DNA of 64,000 nt from Escherichia phage vB_EcoP_SU10. This document shows, piece by piece, positions 55,290-64,000 of this stretch. The notes beneath the pieces are model-generated. The model was not told the DNA's origin. It made no database searches and worked only from the letters and a program-made list of their open reading frames with translations. Position numbers and translations under genes: made by a program. The stretch's first letter is position 1, and the number at the start of each line of letters is the position of its first letter. Location of the stretch: the sequence record NC_027395.1. The stretch is one strand, 5' to 3'.

Positions 55290-57320
55290 TTAACCTCTAT
55301 TCAATGAACATTTAGGGGAATTACAATAAACTTGATTCATAGAACCAAGCGTACAACTTTCAGCATCGCGCCACGGAATCTGCTTAAAACACTCTGAGCA
55401 GTAGCCGAGGGTTGACCACATGGCTTTGGTGAAGTCAGTGCTTCGGTTTCCGTCGAAGCTGACAACAGTTTTGCGGAGAGTTGTTCGTGATTCAGGAAAC
55501 ACACCTGCTTTCTCAGCAGGTTCCTCCTTTTTTGGCTTAGTTGAGATTGCAAAAATACTGTTGCTACGTTTCTCAACATAAGCATCAACAACATCCTCCA
55601 GAGTGATGCCTGTCTGTTTCGCTGAGGAAGGTAATACAGTCATACGACCGATCATATCTTCAGTTACACGTAAAGCAAATTCAGGACGACGGGCGTTTGT
55701 TGTATCTGTTGCTTTAATCCAGATATAACCATCTTTGATCGTAGCATTAGATACTTTCTTCTTTACTTCTACAGCGCAGACTTTACAGATATCTTCACCA
55801 CGAAGACGACTGAGTTCCTCATCAAACTCATTCTCTGTTTTAACTTCACCACAGATTTCACAAACACCAATAGGAGTCTCCTCCTCTTCTTCCTCTTTAG
55901 GTTTAGTCAAACCTTCCAGACATTCAGGATGCCAGTAGCACTGATATGCGAAGACTGCTTTAGGTGCATCCTTCCAATCAATGTGCTTATCACAACCACC
56001 ACAATCGCCATGAGAGTGTGCTTCCCAGAATTTACGAGTGATAGTAACACCATTCTTGTTGACGAAACTATCATTCATATCAAAAGGGATATCATCATCA
56101 AAGTCAGCAGTAGTAGACTCAGGCTCCTTTTTCTCCAGAGATGGGTCAACAAAACGACCTGCTGTGATCACTAAGCGAACCATAGCATTAACTTCGGAGA
56201 TGCAGGATACTGTCCCACGGTAAACAATTTTAGGGTCTTTCAGGGCATCCTGATAAGCCTTAATGTCTACGTTATGAACATCACCTTCGATATACTCTTG
56301 AGACTTCTCATCGTAGATATAACCAATCATCTTACCACGAGAAGGAACAGCACCAGCAGTTGCATAAGGAACAAACTCATGCGGAGTGATTTCCACAGTC
56401 ATATCTCGGCGAATGTCAATGTTTCGATCGCTTGCGATTTTGTTTTGACTTACCACTGCGTTTCTTCGACGAACGTCTGCCGCTGTCACTCCCGGCTTCG
56501 TGTCGTAAGGATTGCTTGTATTGCTTTTTGAGGAACTTTGATAGTTGCTTTGGCTGTAGTTGTTCGAGTAATAACTGCCCCAACGATTGGCTACCGTAAA
56601 AACCGGAAGCTCGTGGGCGACCTCTTCAACCAGAGTCATGCTGTTGTTTGACATATCAAAGATATATTCTGTACCAACTTTACATTCAAAATGCTCATCA
56701 ATACGGTTCTTGTGAGATCTAGAACGCTTCAGAATCCACATCAACATGTCTTCTTCAGAAGCACCAAACCAATCTCTGTTACAACGTGCGAGGTGGAATG
56801 GACGCTCTTCGTTACGGATGATATGAAGACGGTTATCAGAAGCATCATGCCAGATTAAGGTGAAAGCACCATCCAGCTTTTGAATAGTCTCTGCTGCACC
56901 AATAGTGTTAATAGAGTGGCAGATGTTCTCACTGTCTACCTCGAAGTTTTTGCTGTCAGGTAACAGATCTTGGTCCATCAAGGTTCCATTATGAACCAGA
57001 GTGATGTTACCATGTTGGAAAGGATGGGCGTTCTTGGCGTTAACTGCACCTTTCGTTGCATGACGACTGTGACCAACAATCCATGAAGGTGCTACAGTGT
57101 AAGCTGTTTCACCAGTGGTGTGCTTCTTGTACTCATCTTGTAGGATGAATGCGAAAGAAGGAAGAGCTTCTTTATAAGTGAAGACTTCCTTAGTACTTTT
57201 ACGCTGACCAAAGATACCGGAGGAATGTTGTCCTCGGAATACTCCAGCATAAAAGAGTTGGTTAAATACGTCTAAATCAGTGCTTGACAGATTACCGCCA
57301 GCTAATACGATGCCACAAAT
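55290..57320 (-). CDS. class-II (Ntn) glutamine amidotransferase fused to a C-terminal region with three CxxC...CxxC modules (676 aa); apparent ATT start
   Basis: Hand translation upstream of ORF-track start 56981 gives (I)CGIVLAGGNLSS...VFRGQHSSGIF...GHSRHATKG...NAHPF...LVHNGTL, the Ntn GATase signature with Cys directly after the initiator. An in-frame TAG lies 2 codons upstream, and an AGGTGG SD lies 8 nt before the ATT. Confidence 0.75.
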   Translation of the reverse strand: MCGIVLAGGNLSSTDLDVFNQLFYAGVFRGQHSSGIFGQRKSTKEVFTYKEALPSFAFILQDEYKKHTTGETAYTVAPSWIVGHSRHATKGAVNAKNAHPFQHGNITLVHNGTLMDQDLLPDSKNFEVDSENICHSINTIGAAETIQKLDGAFTLIWHDASDNRLHIIRNEERPFHLARCNRDWFGASEEDMLMWILKRSRSHKNRIDEHFECKVGTEYIFDMSNNSMTLVEEVAHELPVFTVANRWGSYYSNNYSQSNYQSSSKSNTSNPYDTKPGVTAADVRRRNAVVSQNKIASDRNIDIRRDMTVEITPHEFVPYATAGAVPSRGKMIGYIYDEKSQEYIEGDVHNVDIKAYQDALKDPKIVYRGTVSCISEVNAMVRLVITAGRFVDPSLEKKEPESTTADFDDDIPFDMNDSFVNKNGVTITRKFWEAHSHGDCGGCDKHIDWKDAPKAVFAYQCYWHPECLEGLTKPKEEEEEETPIGVCEICGEVKTENEFDEELSRLRGEDICKVCAVEVKKKVSNATIKDGYIWIKATDTTNARRPEFALRVTEDMIGRMTVLPSSAKQTGITLEDVVDAYVEKRSNSIFAISTKPKKEEPAEKAGVFPESRTTLRKTVVSFDGNRSTDFTKAMWSTLGYCSECFKQIPWRDAESCTLGSMNQVYCNSPKCSLNRG

Positions 57321-57399
57321 TTTCTAATCCACCTGAAGGGTAAACCCTTTCATCTAATTAACCTTTAAATTGTGCCCCTTTGTCAGAGGCACCCATTGA

Positions 57400-58503
57400 T
57401 TACAGCGCTTGCTCTAACTGATTTTCCAGATGGTCTGGAATGTACCCTGTGATATTGCTATCACTGTGACCAGACTCACGTAGTAAGTCAAAAATAGCAC
57501 GAATACGTTGTTCTGGAGCGTGTCTTACTTGAGATAGGTCTGCTGTACGAAGCATAACCAAAATCTCTTGATACAAGTTGTTAGCGTTCCCTCGAACATA
57601 TCCAAGGAATCCATAGAAGTCTGACATAAGACGTAAGTCAACAAGAACCTCTCCGTTGGAGTTGGTTCGACGTAAACGAATACGACCAGACTGTTCTACT
57701 TCATGAGAACGGCAATACAAAACATCACGGGCCATACAATAACCTGAATGCAAATCAGATTCATCCAGATTGTAATCCAGAGGAAGGTAAGGAAGCATTG
57801 GGGCAAATCGTACAGTATTTAAATGCTCAATAAACTGATCATTGCTCATCTCTGCGTTATCTAAAGCCAGCTTCTTCAACATCAAGAAGCGGTTAACCAG
57901 ATTGAGAAGTTGACCACGTTTCCACTTAGGCTCACTGATACGGAACTCAATTGAACCGTATTGGGCAAGTGGCAGAAGGTTCAGAGATGTATATTTATCC
58001 CATGAACGAACCAGACGGTTGAAGAATTCTTCACCATCGTAGTTAAATGCGTCAGAGGCATTCATTACCTGTGCTTGTACCACTGCAAACGCAGGGCAGA
58101 AATTGCTACGGTAACGATGGTAGCCTGAACACTTGAACAGCATCTTTTCATAGAAGGTCCAAGCAAGGATGGTCTTCTTGAGGATATTACTATCAGCATC
58201 CCTCATATCCATATGAACGTGAGTAGAGCAACGCCAAGTCCCCTCGGCGTGCGATTCAGCTACTGCTTCACTCAGGTTGTTGATAGCGTCTAACAACTCC
58301 TGTCCGTTGTAAGGTCGTGAACATACCATTTCACAACCATTACGCAGGGAACCATCCTCTGTGCAATCCCACATATCTGCTTCGATATGTTCAGAACCTT
58401 CGAGTTCAAGTTCAATACCGACACCGCACTGAAGTGCAATTGAACTATGCGCCTCAGTTAAACGACCTTCTCGATATCCAAAAGTTTGCGCTACAGTTGT
58501 CAT
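57400..58503 (-). CDS. putative amidoligase (glutamine-synthetase-like carboxylate-amine ligase), 367 aa
   Basis: CGVGIELELEG...CSTHVHMD...GSIEFRISE resembles the putative amidoligase enzyme family (recollection of Pfam Amidoligase_2). Confidence 0.5.
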   Translation of the reverse strand: MTTVAQTFGYREGRLTEAHSSIALQCGVGIELELEGSEHIEADMWDCTEDGSLRNGCEMVCSRPYNGQELLDAINNLSEAVAESHAEGTWRCSTHVHMDMRDADSNILKKTILAWTFYEKMLFKCSGYHRYRSNFCPAFAVVQAQVMNASDAFNYDGEEFFNRLVRSWDKYTSLNLLPLAQYGSIEFRISEPKWKRGQLLNLVNRFLMLKKLALDNAEMSNDQFIEHLNTVRFAPMLPYLPLDYNLDESDLHSGYCMARDVLYCRSHEVEQSGRIRLRRTNSNGEVLVDLRLMSDFYGFLGYVRGNANNLYQEILVMLRTADLSQVRHAPEQRIRAIFDLLRESGHSDSNITGYIPDHLENQLEQAL

Positions 58504-59117
58504 AACGAATCCACCAACGTAATATTATAATTGCTAAGGTTTTCAGAAATGTGATGAAAGTGTTCCAGAAGTCGCATCGGTTGCTGACCGTAAGAGTCAC
58601 GAGGTGCTTCCAGATCTACTTGTCCTACCAGTGCACCTTTATAATGCACTTTACCATCTGTAGGATTGATGTAAATATAACGAGTAACCAATCCATCAAA
58701 TTCAGGATTGAACAGACTGTAAACCATTTCACCAGAGATCGAACGACCAATCCCCGGAGCGTTTCGAATCTTGTTACCCATCAAACCCTTCGCTCTCTGA
58801 CGAACAGGATTGATATGAGTCCAGCTTACAGTGTTACCGTTATGGAACAGATAACCAACATCAGGCGATTCAAGAATCAAGGTTGGGTCGAACACTGGAA
58901 TATTCATCGTAGTGTTTCGGAGATTCCCATGCTCGTTCTTGTACCACTGCTCTACAACAAAATACAGAGCCTGTTCTGCTTCATGCGAGAAGTCATCGCT
59001 GCGGAAGTTACCGCTCTGCTCAACACCAATCACAAAACACGGAAGGTTGATATTGCCTGCTCGTTTAGCAATCCATGTACCATTATAGTAATGAGAAAAA
59101 TCAGCTACTAAGCTCAC
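58500..59117 (-). CDS. hypothetical protein in the ligase operon (205 aa)
   Basis: ORF track, ATGA coupling to the amidoligase gene. Confidence 0.55.
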   Translation of the reverse strand: MSLVADFSHYYNGTWIAKRAGNINLPCFVIGVEQSGNFRSDDFSHEAEQALYFVVEQWYKNEHGNLRNTTMNIPVFDPTLILESPDVGYLFHNGNTVSWTHINPVRQRAKGLMGNKIRNAPGIGRSISGEMVYSLFNPEFDGLVTRYIYINPTDGKVHYKGALVGQVDLEAPRDSYGQQPMRLLEHFHHISENLSNYNITLVDSL

Positions 59118-59126
59118 GATAACCTC

Positions 59127-59933
59127 TTATGCTACCTGAAGGAGTTTGATCTGCTGGTCAGCTTCTTTAACGTTGTTCCCGTTAATGATTTCATGAAGCT
59201 TCTCAATCGGAAGGCGAGAGTGCAATGCCATCAGAGTGGACATATCACACTGCTGAACAACCTTGTCAACCTGATCGTAAACAAACTTACGGTTTTCACG
59301 ATCACTAATCCAGAAGTTAGACAGAGAACGGTATTCAATACCATAGTCTTTATAACGGATTGCAGATGCTTTACCGTAGAGTTCTTTACGGCGAGTATCT
59401 TTGTCCATAATCACTGCTGGGAGAGACAGGAAGTAGTCACACAGCACACCCAGCATCATCTGAGTTTGCAGAGTGATATCCAAAGCACCAACTACGCCAA
59501 GATGTACGTGACCACCGGCAGTACGAAGTCCCTTATTCTGAGAAGTCGGGGATGGGTTTTTCTGACCAGTGAAGGCGTTGAAATCAGGAGTGCACCCGAA
59601 GATGAACGCTGATTCATTAAAGGTCTTCATCTCTTCTTCAGTGAAGATGTGAGAGCTAACACCCGGAGCTGTTTCCATGTCCAGTTTGTTCAGGACATTA
59701 TTGGTGAGATCGATACCACGTTGCATGTTATCGTTAAACGCTTCAAAACCGCTCTGTGGGTCAATATCAAACTCAGCCAGTACGTTGTCCTCTTGGAGAC
59801 GAACATCCTTAGCCAGAGCGATCTTATCGTCCTTAGAGCAGCCTAATAAACCGGCTACAGAAGTGATGATACCATTTCTAGTACGAACAAACATTTCAGG
59901 GTCAGAGCCGATAAGGAATTTGCGCTTAGTCAT
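59127..59933 (-). CDS. COOH-NH2 ligase type 2 (GCS-like superfamily), 268 aa
   Basis: FLIGSDPEMFV...EFDI...GGHVHLG...GIEYRSLSNFW resembles the phage COOH-NH2 ligase family as I recall it. Confidence 0.55.
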   Translation of the reverse strand: MTKRKFLIGSDPEMFVRTRNGIITSVAGLLGCSKDDKIALAKDVRLQEDNVLAEFDIDPQSGFEAFNDNMQRGIDLTNNVLNKLDMETAPGVSSHIFTEEEMKTFNESAFIFGCTPDFNAFTGQKNPSPTSQNKGLRTAGGHVHLGVVGALDITLQTQMMLGVLCDYFLSLPAVIMDKDTRRKELYGKASAIRYKDYGIEYRSLSNFWISDRENRKFVYDQVDKVVQQCDMSTLMALHSRLPIEKLHEIINGNNVKEADQQIKLLQVA

Positions 59934-60897
59934 TGTAATACTCCACTAGTTCAGAAAAGAGAGATGAGATTGTGTTACCAACTTCTTCAAGAGTAAGACC
60001 GGAATCTGCTCCAGTTCTTTGAATCAGTCGGGCTGTAAAGTTTTGTACTGTAATGTTTCCCAACTTGTCGTCTATTGCTTCACGTTTGTGACCATAACAG
60101 TTGGACCAGAGTCTTAACCACTCTGACATTGTTTCATACTCGTCCGGGTCTTGATCTTTAGCACGAGCAAATCTTCGTAAGGCACCTTGGTTATGGTTAC
60201 GAACATAACCATTCTCGTTGTCGCCAACACCGAAGGGGTTTTGAACCCATACTTGCTTCGTGTATTCATCAGAGTCTACAACCAAAGGAAGGAATGCTGC
60301 TGCTGACATATTGTTGTTAATAACAATAGAGGTGCTCTCACTACTCCCATTGGCTCTTCCTCGTTGAGACCATCCACCGAAGAAGTCACGACCCAACCCA
60401 GCTAACACTAGAGCGATTCCGATGCGTTTACGCTTCAGCCACTCTTCCCTGTCTTCAATTCCTTCTGCTAGGAAATCCATTCCACGATATTGCCCTTCCA
60501 GAATACTACGAAAGAGCATAAGTCCTGTGAAGATCTGATCTGCTGGATGCTCACGAAGGTTGACAGCAACACTATTCGCTGAAGTGATCGTAAATACGTC
60601 ACGATAGCAAGACATGGAGTTCATAATGTCTGCTGTTTCAACCAAGTTCTTTTCAATATCAGATGCAACATGACCATGAAAAGAGTGAGTCCAGTAATTC
60701 AACATCTCCAGTTGCAAGTTGATATCACGGTTGAAGCGACGATAGCGCCCCTCTTCCGTGATAACTTCACCATTAATGTCATTTACACACTGGCCTTGCA
60801 TGTAGTTGTGGATACCGAAGCACCCACGACCTAAGAACTTCTGTTCCCCTAAATCCTGTTGAAGATTAAGAGGTACGATCGTTGTGGAGATTGACAT
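59926..60897 (-). CDS. hypothetical protein in the ligase operon (323 aa)
   Basis: ORF track, 8-nt overlap with the downstream gene. Confidence 0.55.
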   Translation of the reverse strand: MSISTTIVPLNLQQDLGEQKFLGRGCFGIHNYMQGQCVNDINGEVITEEGRYRRFNRDINLQLEMLNYWTHSFHGHVASDIEKNLVETADIMNSMSCYRDVFTITSANSVAVNLREHPADQIFTGLMLFRSILEGQYRGMDFLAEGIEDREEWLKRKRIGIALVLAGLGRDFFGGWSQRGRANGSSESTSIVINNNMSAAAFLPLVVDSDEYTKQVWVQNPFGVGDNENGYVRNHNQGALRRFARAKDQDPDEYETMSEWLRLWSNCYGHKREAIDDKLGNITVQNFTARLIQRTGADSGLTLEEVGNTISSLFSELVEYYND

Positions 60898-60907
60898 AAC
60901 TAACCTT

Positions 60908-62107
60908 TTATTTTCCTAAAAACAATCCGCTCATAATACCATCCCACTCAGAGGATGGAATCACTGAATACTCCGAACTTTGGTCCAGAGTCCCACTACT
61001 GAATCGCTGAACAATATTATAAATATTGAAAAAATCCTTAGTCTCAGCGCGATAAGCGTAGACTAATTTGTCAGCCGTTCTTTCATCTTTAGAAACTCGA
61101 CGAGCAAAGGTAACCAGAAGATTGTCACCTTTGAGCATTTCTGACCCATCTTTTACTAAATCAGGGTGCATCACTGGCAAGAACATTGAGTTGTTCACTC
61201 GTAATTCTGCTGTTTCATCATTCTCATAATGAATCCACTTAAAATCTTCATCACGAAAGTGACCGCACCCATCTCTGTATGACTGTTGACGCCAAGGCAC
61301 TTGAAATGCTTCAGCGTATTTATCAGCCATGCCGACTGTAAATAGCGACGCTGGAAAGATACAAGCATCCCAATCATTACCAACCAGAGTTGCTTTCGTT
61401 TCGCCCAAGAGGTTAGTGTAAGTGCTAACCATTCGTGAGTAAACATAAGCCTGAAGGATTGTCCAGCCTTCAACCAACCATTTATGGAGGAAGGTTTCAA
61501 CTTGACTCTCTTCATCTTCATAATAGAAGGTTCGGTCTAACATCAAATAGAACAGACAACGATCAGCAGGGATATTCTCAGTTGCTACCCCCATAAAACC
61601 TTTATCGTGCCAGCGTAAACAGGAGGGACGATCTTTGTCCACAAATGCTTCCATAGCTTCCAGTACAGCACGAGGTGTGGTTCGATGTTCAGGGTTTTTG
61701 TCGTTCCAACGTTCGATGTTATTCTTGGGAGGTGTGTCTTCATCTTCATACGAACACCAACTTAAAGCTTCAGCTACATGCTTTTCATCACGCCAACGTC
61801 TAAAACCTAACATCTTCATATGAGTTCCGGAGTTCCAGATATGCTTGATTTTACACATATCCATCTCTCGGCTTAACAAGAATTCTTCCCCGTCAGCACT
61901 ACGAACGTTGGCTTCTTCATGCCACACTCGAACGTGCATATTCCATCCATGAGTTGCCTCATACATGTTAGGGTCGAAGTAGTCATCATCTTCATCGTCG
62001 TTTTCATCAACGCCGCCATTATAGTTGCGAAGTTGAAGGAACCCATAACAAGGGGGGTTGACCGTTAAAACATTACCTTCAGTATCTTCTAATGTTACTG
62101 GAAACAT
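60908..62107 (-). CDS. hypothetical protein in the ligase operon (399 aa)
   Basis: ORF track, GAGG SD. Confidence 0.55.
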   Translation of the reverse strand: MFPVTLEDTEGNVLTVNPPCYGFLQLRNYNGGVDENDDEDDDYFDPNMYEATHGWNMHVRVWHEEANVRSADGEEFLLSREMDMCKIKHIWNSGTHMKMLGFRRWRDEKHVAEALSWCSYEDEDTPPKNNIERWNDKNPEHRTTPRAVLEAMEAFVDKDRPSCLRWHDKGFMGVATENIPADRCLFYLMLDRTFYYEDEESQVETFLHKWLVEGWTILQAYVYSRMVSTYTNLLGETKATLVGNDWDACIFPASLFTVGMADKYAEAFQVPWRQQSYRDGCGHFRDEDFKWIHYENDETAELRVNNSMFLPVMHPDLVKDGSEMLKGDNLLVTFARRVSKDERTADKLVYAYRAETKDFFNIYNIVQRFSSGTLDQSSEYSVIPSSEWDGIMSGLFLGK

Positions 62108-62118
62108 TATACCAACCT

Positions 62119-62481
62119 CTATTGGTTTTTAATCAACTCAATCGATTTACGAATATAAAGAATATCTCGGAAGTTTCGATAGTTGTTCATAAATTGATGC
62201 TTCTGGAAAGTAGCTTCTTCCAGAGCTTTCTTTGCGTCTGCGTAGCTTTTACGGGCAAGATGTACAACCCGTTCTGGTAACATGTTTGCATGACGGATGA
62301 CATACTTGTGAGCTTTCATGTTGCTTTGCTCACGAGCAATCTTACCTTTAGCAACTTTGATACCATTTGCAATCCAAGCAAGTTCTTGCTCAAGCTCATC
62401 GTTGGACATTCCACCGAGGTTTGATGCAACCTTGTTCAGAGTTTCAATATTAACGTTGCCCTTGATGGGACGTGTATTCAT
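62119..62481 (-). CDS. hypothetical helical protein (120 aa)
   Basis: ORF track, CAGGAG SD. Confidence 0.55.
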   Translation of the reverse strand: MNTRPIKGNVNIETLNKVASNLGGMSNDELEQELAWIANGIKVAKGKIAREQSNMKAHKYVIRHANMLPERVVHLARKSYADAKKALEEATFQKHQFMNNYRNFRDILYIRKSIELIKNQ

Positions 62482-62483
62482 AC

Positions 62484-62636
62484 TTACTCCTGTTGTTTAC
62501 ACTCGTCAATAACCCACTGATAAGTGGATTGCCCAGAAAAGAAACACTGAATAAATCCAGATGTTCTCTGCGTTACTAGTGCTAGTGAACAAATCACTAC
62601 CGCTGCTGCTAGCAGTTTTAAATCTAATTTAGACAT
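62484..62636 (-). CDS. small membrane or secreted protein (50 aa)
   Basis: Hand-translated MSKLDLKLLAAAVVICSLALVTQ... AGAGGA SD. Below the ORF-track cutoff. Confidence 0.4.
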   Translation of the reverse strand: MSKLDLKLLAAAVVICSLALVTQRTSGFIQCFFSGQSTYQWVIDECKQQE

Positions 62637-62654
62637 ATTTCCTCTCTTTGAATT

Positions 62655-62680
62655 TAAAAAAGGACTCTCCGAAAAGAGTC
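62655..62680 (-). terminator. rho-independent terminator (minus strand)
   Basis: Minus-strand GACTCT-tttcgg-AGAGTC followed by CTTTTTT. Confidence 0.65.
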
Positions 62681-62862
62681 AAGCTTTAAATACAAAAAGA
62701 TATTACCCAATATCTGTGGATAACCTGCTCTTAAAATATCTATCCGACGGATGTTCGAGGAATATTCCTCTCCCTAGCATCGGCCCCATACGGGAAATAT
62801 ATTAAGATTAGGTTAGTTGAGTCAGAATAACTCACATAGCCCTCCGAAGAAGGCTATAGATG

Positions 62863-63330
62863 TTACTCTATCTTAACTGAAGGACAATACTTCTCTTTCT
62901 TGCTGCGATACATAACAACAATCCAGTTTGAATCACGACGCTCTTTCTTACGTCGTTTCTTTTCAGCACGAGTTTCATATGTGCTAGTTCGGTGGTCACG
63001 ATATATTCCACGAAGTTCATAAAATGCCCAACCACCACCAAACACTACACCAGCCAAAGCAGCCAAAGATGAGGCACCAAGAGCAGGGGCAGCGAACCAT
63101 GTCCACCAGTAAAAGGTTGACACGTCGTTGTGCCCGAGAAGTGTCCCACCTACTCCAGTAAGTGCCGCACATATAACAGATAAGAATCCAGACAGTATAA
63201 CAAAACGCAAAACTGTTCGCCAGAAGTATTCACAAAAGTTAGTCATGTTGTCCCAATAGGAATCAGAGAGACTTGACGTAGCTTTGTTGAATCTGTGCAA
63301 CCATCCGTTCTTATTAACCTTAATCATCAT
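62863..63330 (-). CDS. multi-pass membrane protein (155 aa)
   Basis: Hydrophobic segments VLRFVILSGFLSVICAALTGVGGTLLG and WWTWFAAPALGASSLAALAGVVFGGGWAF, with a basic C-terminus. Confidence 0.6.
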   Translation of the reverse strand: MMIKVNKNGWLHRFNKATSSLSDSYWDNMTNFCEYFWRTVLRFVILSGFLSVICAALTGVGGTLLGHNDVSTFYWWTWFAAPALGASSLAALAGVVFGGGWAFYELRGIYRDHRTSTYETRAEKKRRKKERRDSNWIVVMYRSKKEKYCPSVKIE

Positions 63331-63560
63331 TCGCCTTTCTTAGCACGATCTTTGGCAGTTTTACCGGTGCGAATGCGATGGGAAACGTTAACCAGAGTGC
63401 CACCATCAACTACGGTAACGCTCTTGTTTTTAGCCAGATCGAACACAGTTTTCTCCGTGCCACCCAAGCGAATTTGCTTAGGCTCACTGAAGGTTTGGGT
63501 TGATTTGGATTGGAACTGGAACGGTTGACGGATTGCATCAATTGCACTTACTTTAGACAT
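63327..63560 (-). CDS. hypothetical protein (77 aa)
   Basis: ORF track, ATGA coupling. Confidence 0.5.
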   Translation of the reverse strand: MSKVSAIDAIRQPFQFQSKSTQTFSEPKQIRLGGTEKTVFDLAKNKSVTVVDGGTLVNVSHRIRTGKTAKDRAKKGE

Positions 63561-63666
63561 AGGGGAAATTCCTTAAAAAGTCATGGCTGCGTAGAGGGAA
63601 TTCCCTACGCAAATTGGGCCGCCCACAGAGAGGCGTCATAGTACTAAAAGGAGGAGAGAAGAGGGC

Positions 63667-63783
63667 TTATTTAGCTACCTTTTTCTGTCCGTTTACGAAC
63701 CAGATAATTGAACCGTCAGGCTGTCGTTGACCGAAGCCTTTCTGGTTAATCATATCGTCATAAGAATATGCTTTACGTCTCAT
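63667..63783 (-). CDS. hypothetical micro-protein (38 aa)
   Basis: Hand-translated MRRKAYSYDDMINQKGFGQRQPDGSIIWFVNGQKKVAK. ATGA coupling. Confidence 0.3.
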   Translation of the reverse strand: MRRKAYSYDDMINQKGFGQRQPDGSIIWFVNGQKKVAK

Positions 63784-63974
63784 TTGTTTTCCTGTGGAGT
63801 TAAGATAATTTCAGCTTTACTAAACTTCTCACCAACAACCATATCACCAGAGATGACACGCAGTTCTCCAGTGCCTAAGTTAACAGCTCCAGCAGGTTGA
63901 CAGCCCCTGCTCTTAGCTGTAAGCATATAAATCTTTTGATCCTTACATTCTTGGAGTGTGAATACGTCAGCCAT
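63780..63974 (-). CDS. hypothetical protein (64 aa)
   Basis: ORF track. Confidence 0.45.
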   Translation of the reverse strand: MADVFTLQECKDQKIYMLTAKSRGCQPAGAVNLGTGELRVISGDMVVGEKFSKAEIILTPQENK

Positions 63975-64000
63975 GCTTAGGTCTTTAACATGGAGGATTA

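Noticed and set aside
62717-62725. Perfect DnaA-box 9-mer (TTATCCACA on the minus strand) in the 226-bp intergenic region 62637-62862, next to the small palindrome GATATTacccAATATC.
   Set aside because: A single exact 9-mer is expected about 0.5 times by chance in 2 x 64 kb, and no second box or AT-rich unwinding repeats were seen nearby. This is insufficient to call an origin.

Overview
The window reads as about 64 kb of a virulent tailed-phage genome, arranged as two convergent transcription arms that meet at a bidirectional terminator (30103-30134). No tRNA, rRNA, CRISPR array, integrase or lysogeny module was seen.

Plus-strand arm (about 250-30095), virion and late genes:
- Packaging and head: putative small terminase, large terminase, portal, acidic scaffold, major capsid protein, then a start-less Ig-like ORF.
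- Tail: adaptor-like protein, three tail-fibre-type proteins, and a 1005-aa tail protein carrying four Big_2 domains.
- Lysis and ejection: GH24 endolysin, SLT transglycosylase, two Q/N-rich paralogues, and a 1473-aa internal or ejection protein.

Minus-strand arm (30188-63974), early and middle genes:
- Replication: a split family-A DNA polymerase (polymerase domain at 39483-41327, 3'-5' exonuclease at 49962-50519), T7 gp4-like primase-helicase, SSB, and a 5'-3' exonuclease.
- Nucleotide metabolism: ThyX, dCTP deaminase, thioredoxin, and a dNMP-kinase-like P-loop protein.
- Other recognisable genes: PhoH, Dps-like protein, macro domain, SLOG/DUF2493, an ECF-like sigma factor, an overlapped spanin pair, two HNH endonucleases, and a CCA-enzyme-like nucleotidyltransferase.
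- Many translationally coupled micro-genes.

The phage-encoded ECF-like sigma factor, the recurring intergenic 9-mer TAATGTATA and the amidoligase cluster together suggest a phiEco32-like podovirus. That assignment is inference from memory, not a database result.

The two most interesting loci:
1. A 9.6-kb operon (52523-62107) with three different carboxylate-amine ligase folds, a class-II glutamine amidotransferase that can only start at an ATT codon, and a gamma-glutamylcyclotransferase-like enzyme. No product or target is known to me.
2. The capsid gene stop region (8390-8438). It has an in-frame G_GGA_AAG slippery heptamer and an 11-bp hairpin that buries two stop codons. A Big_2 ORF follows in the capsid frame with no start codon.
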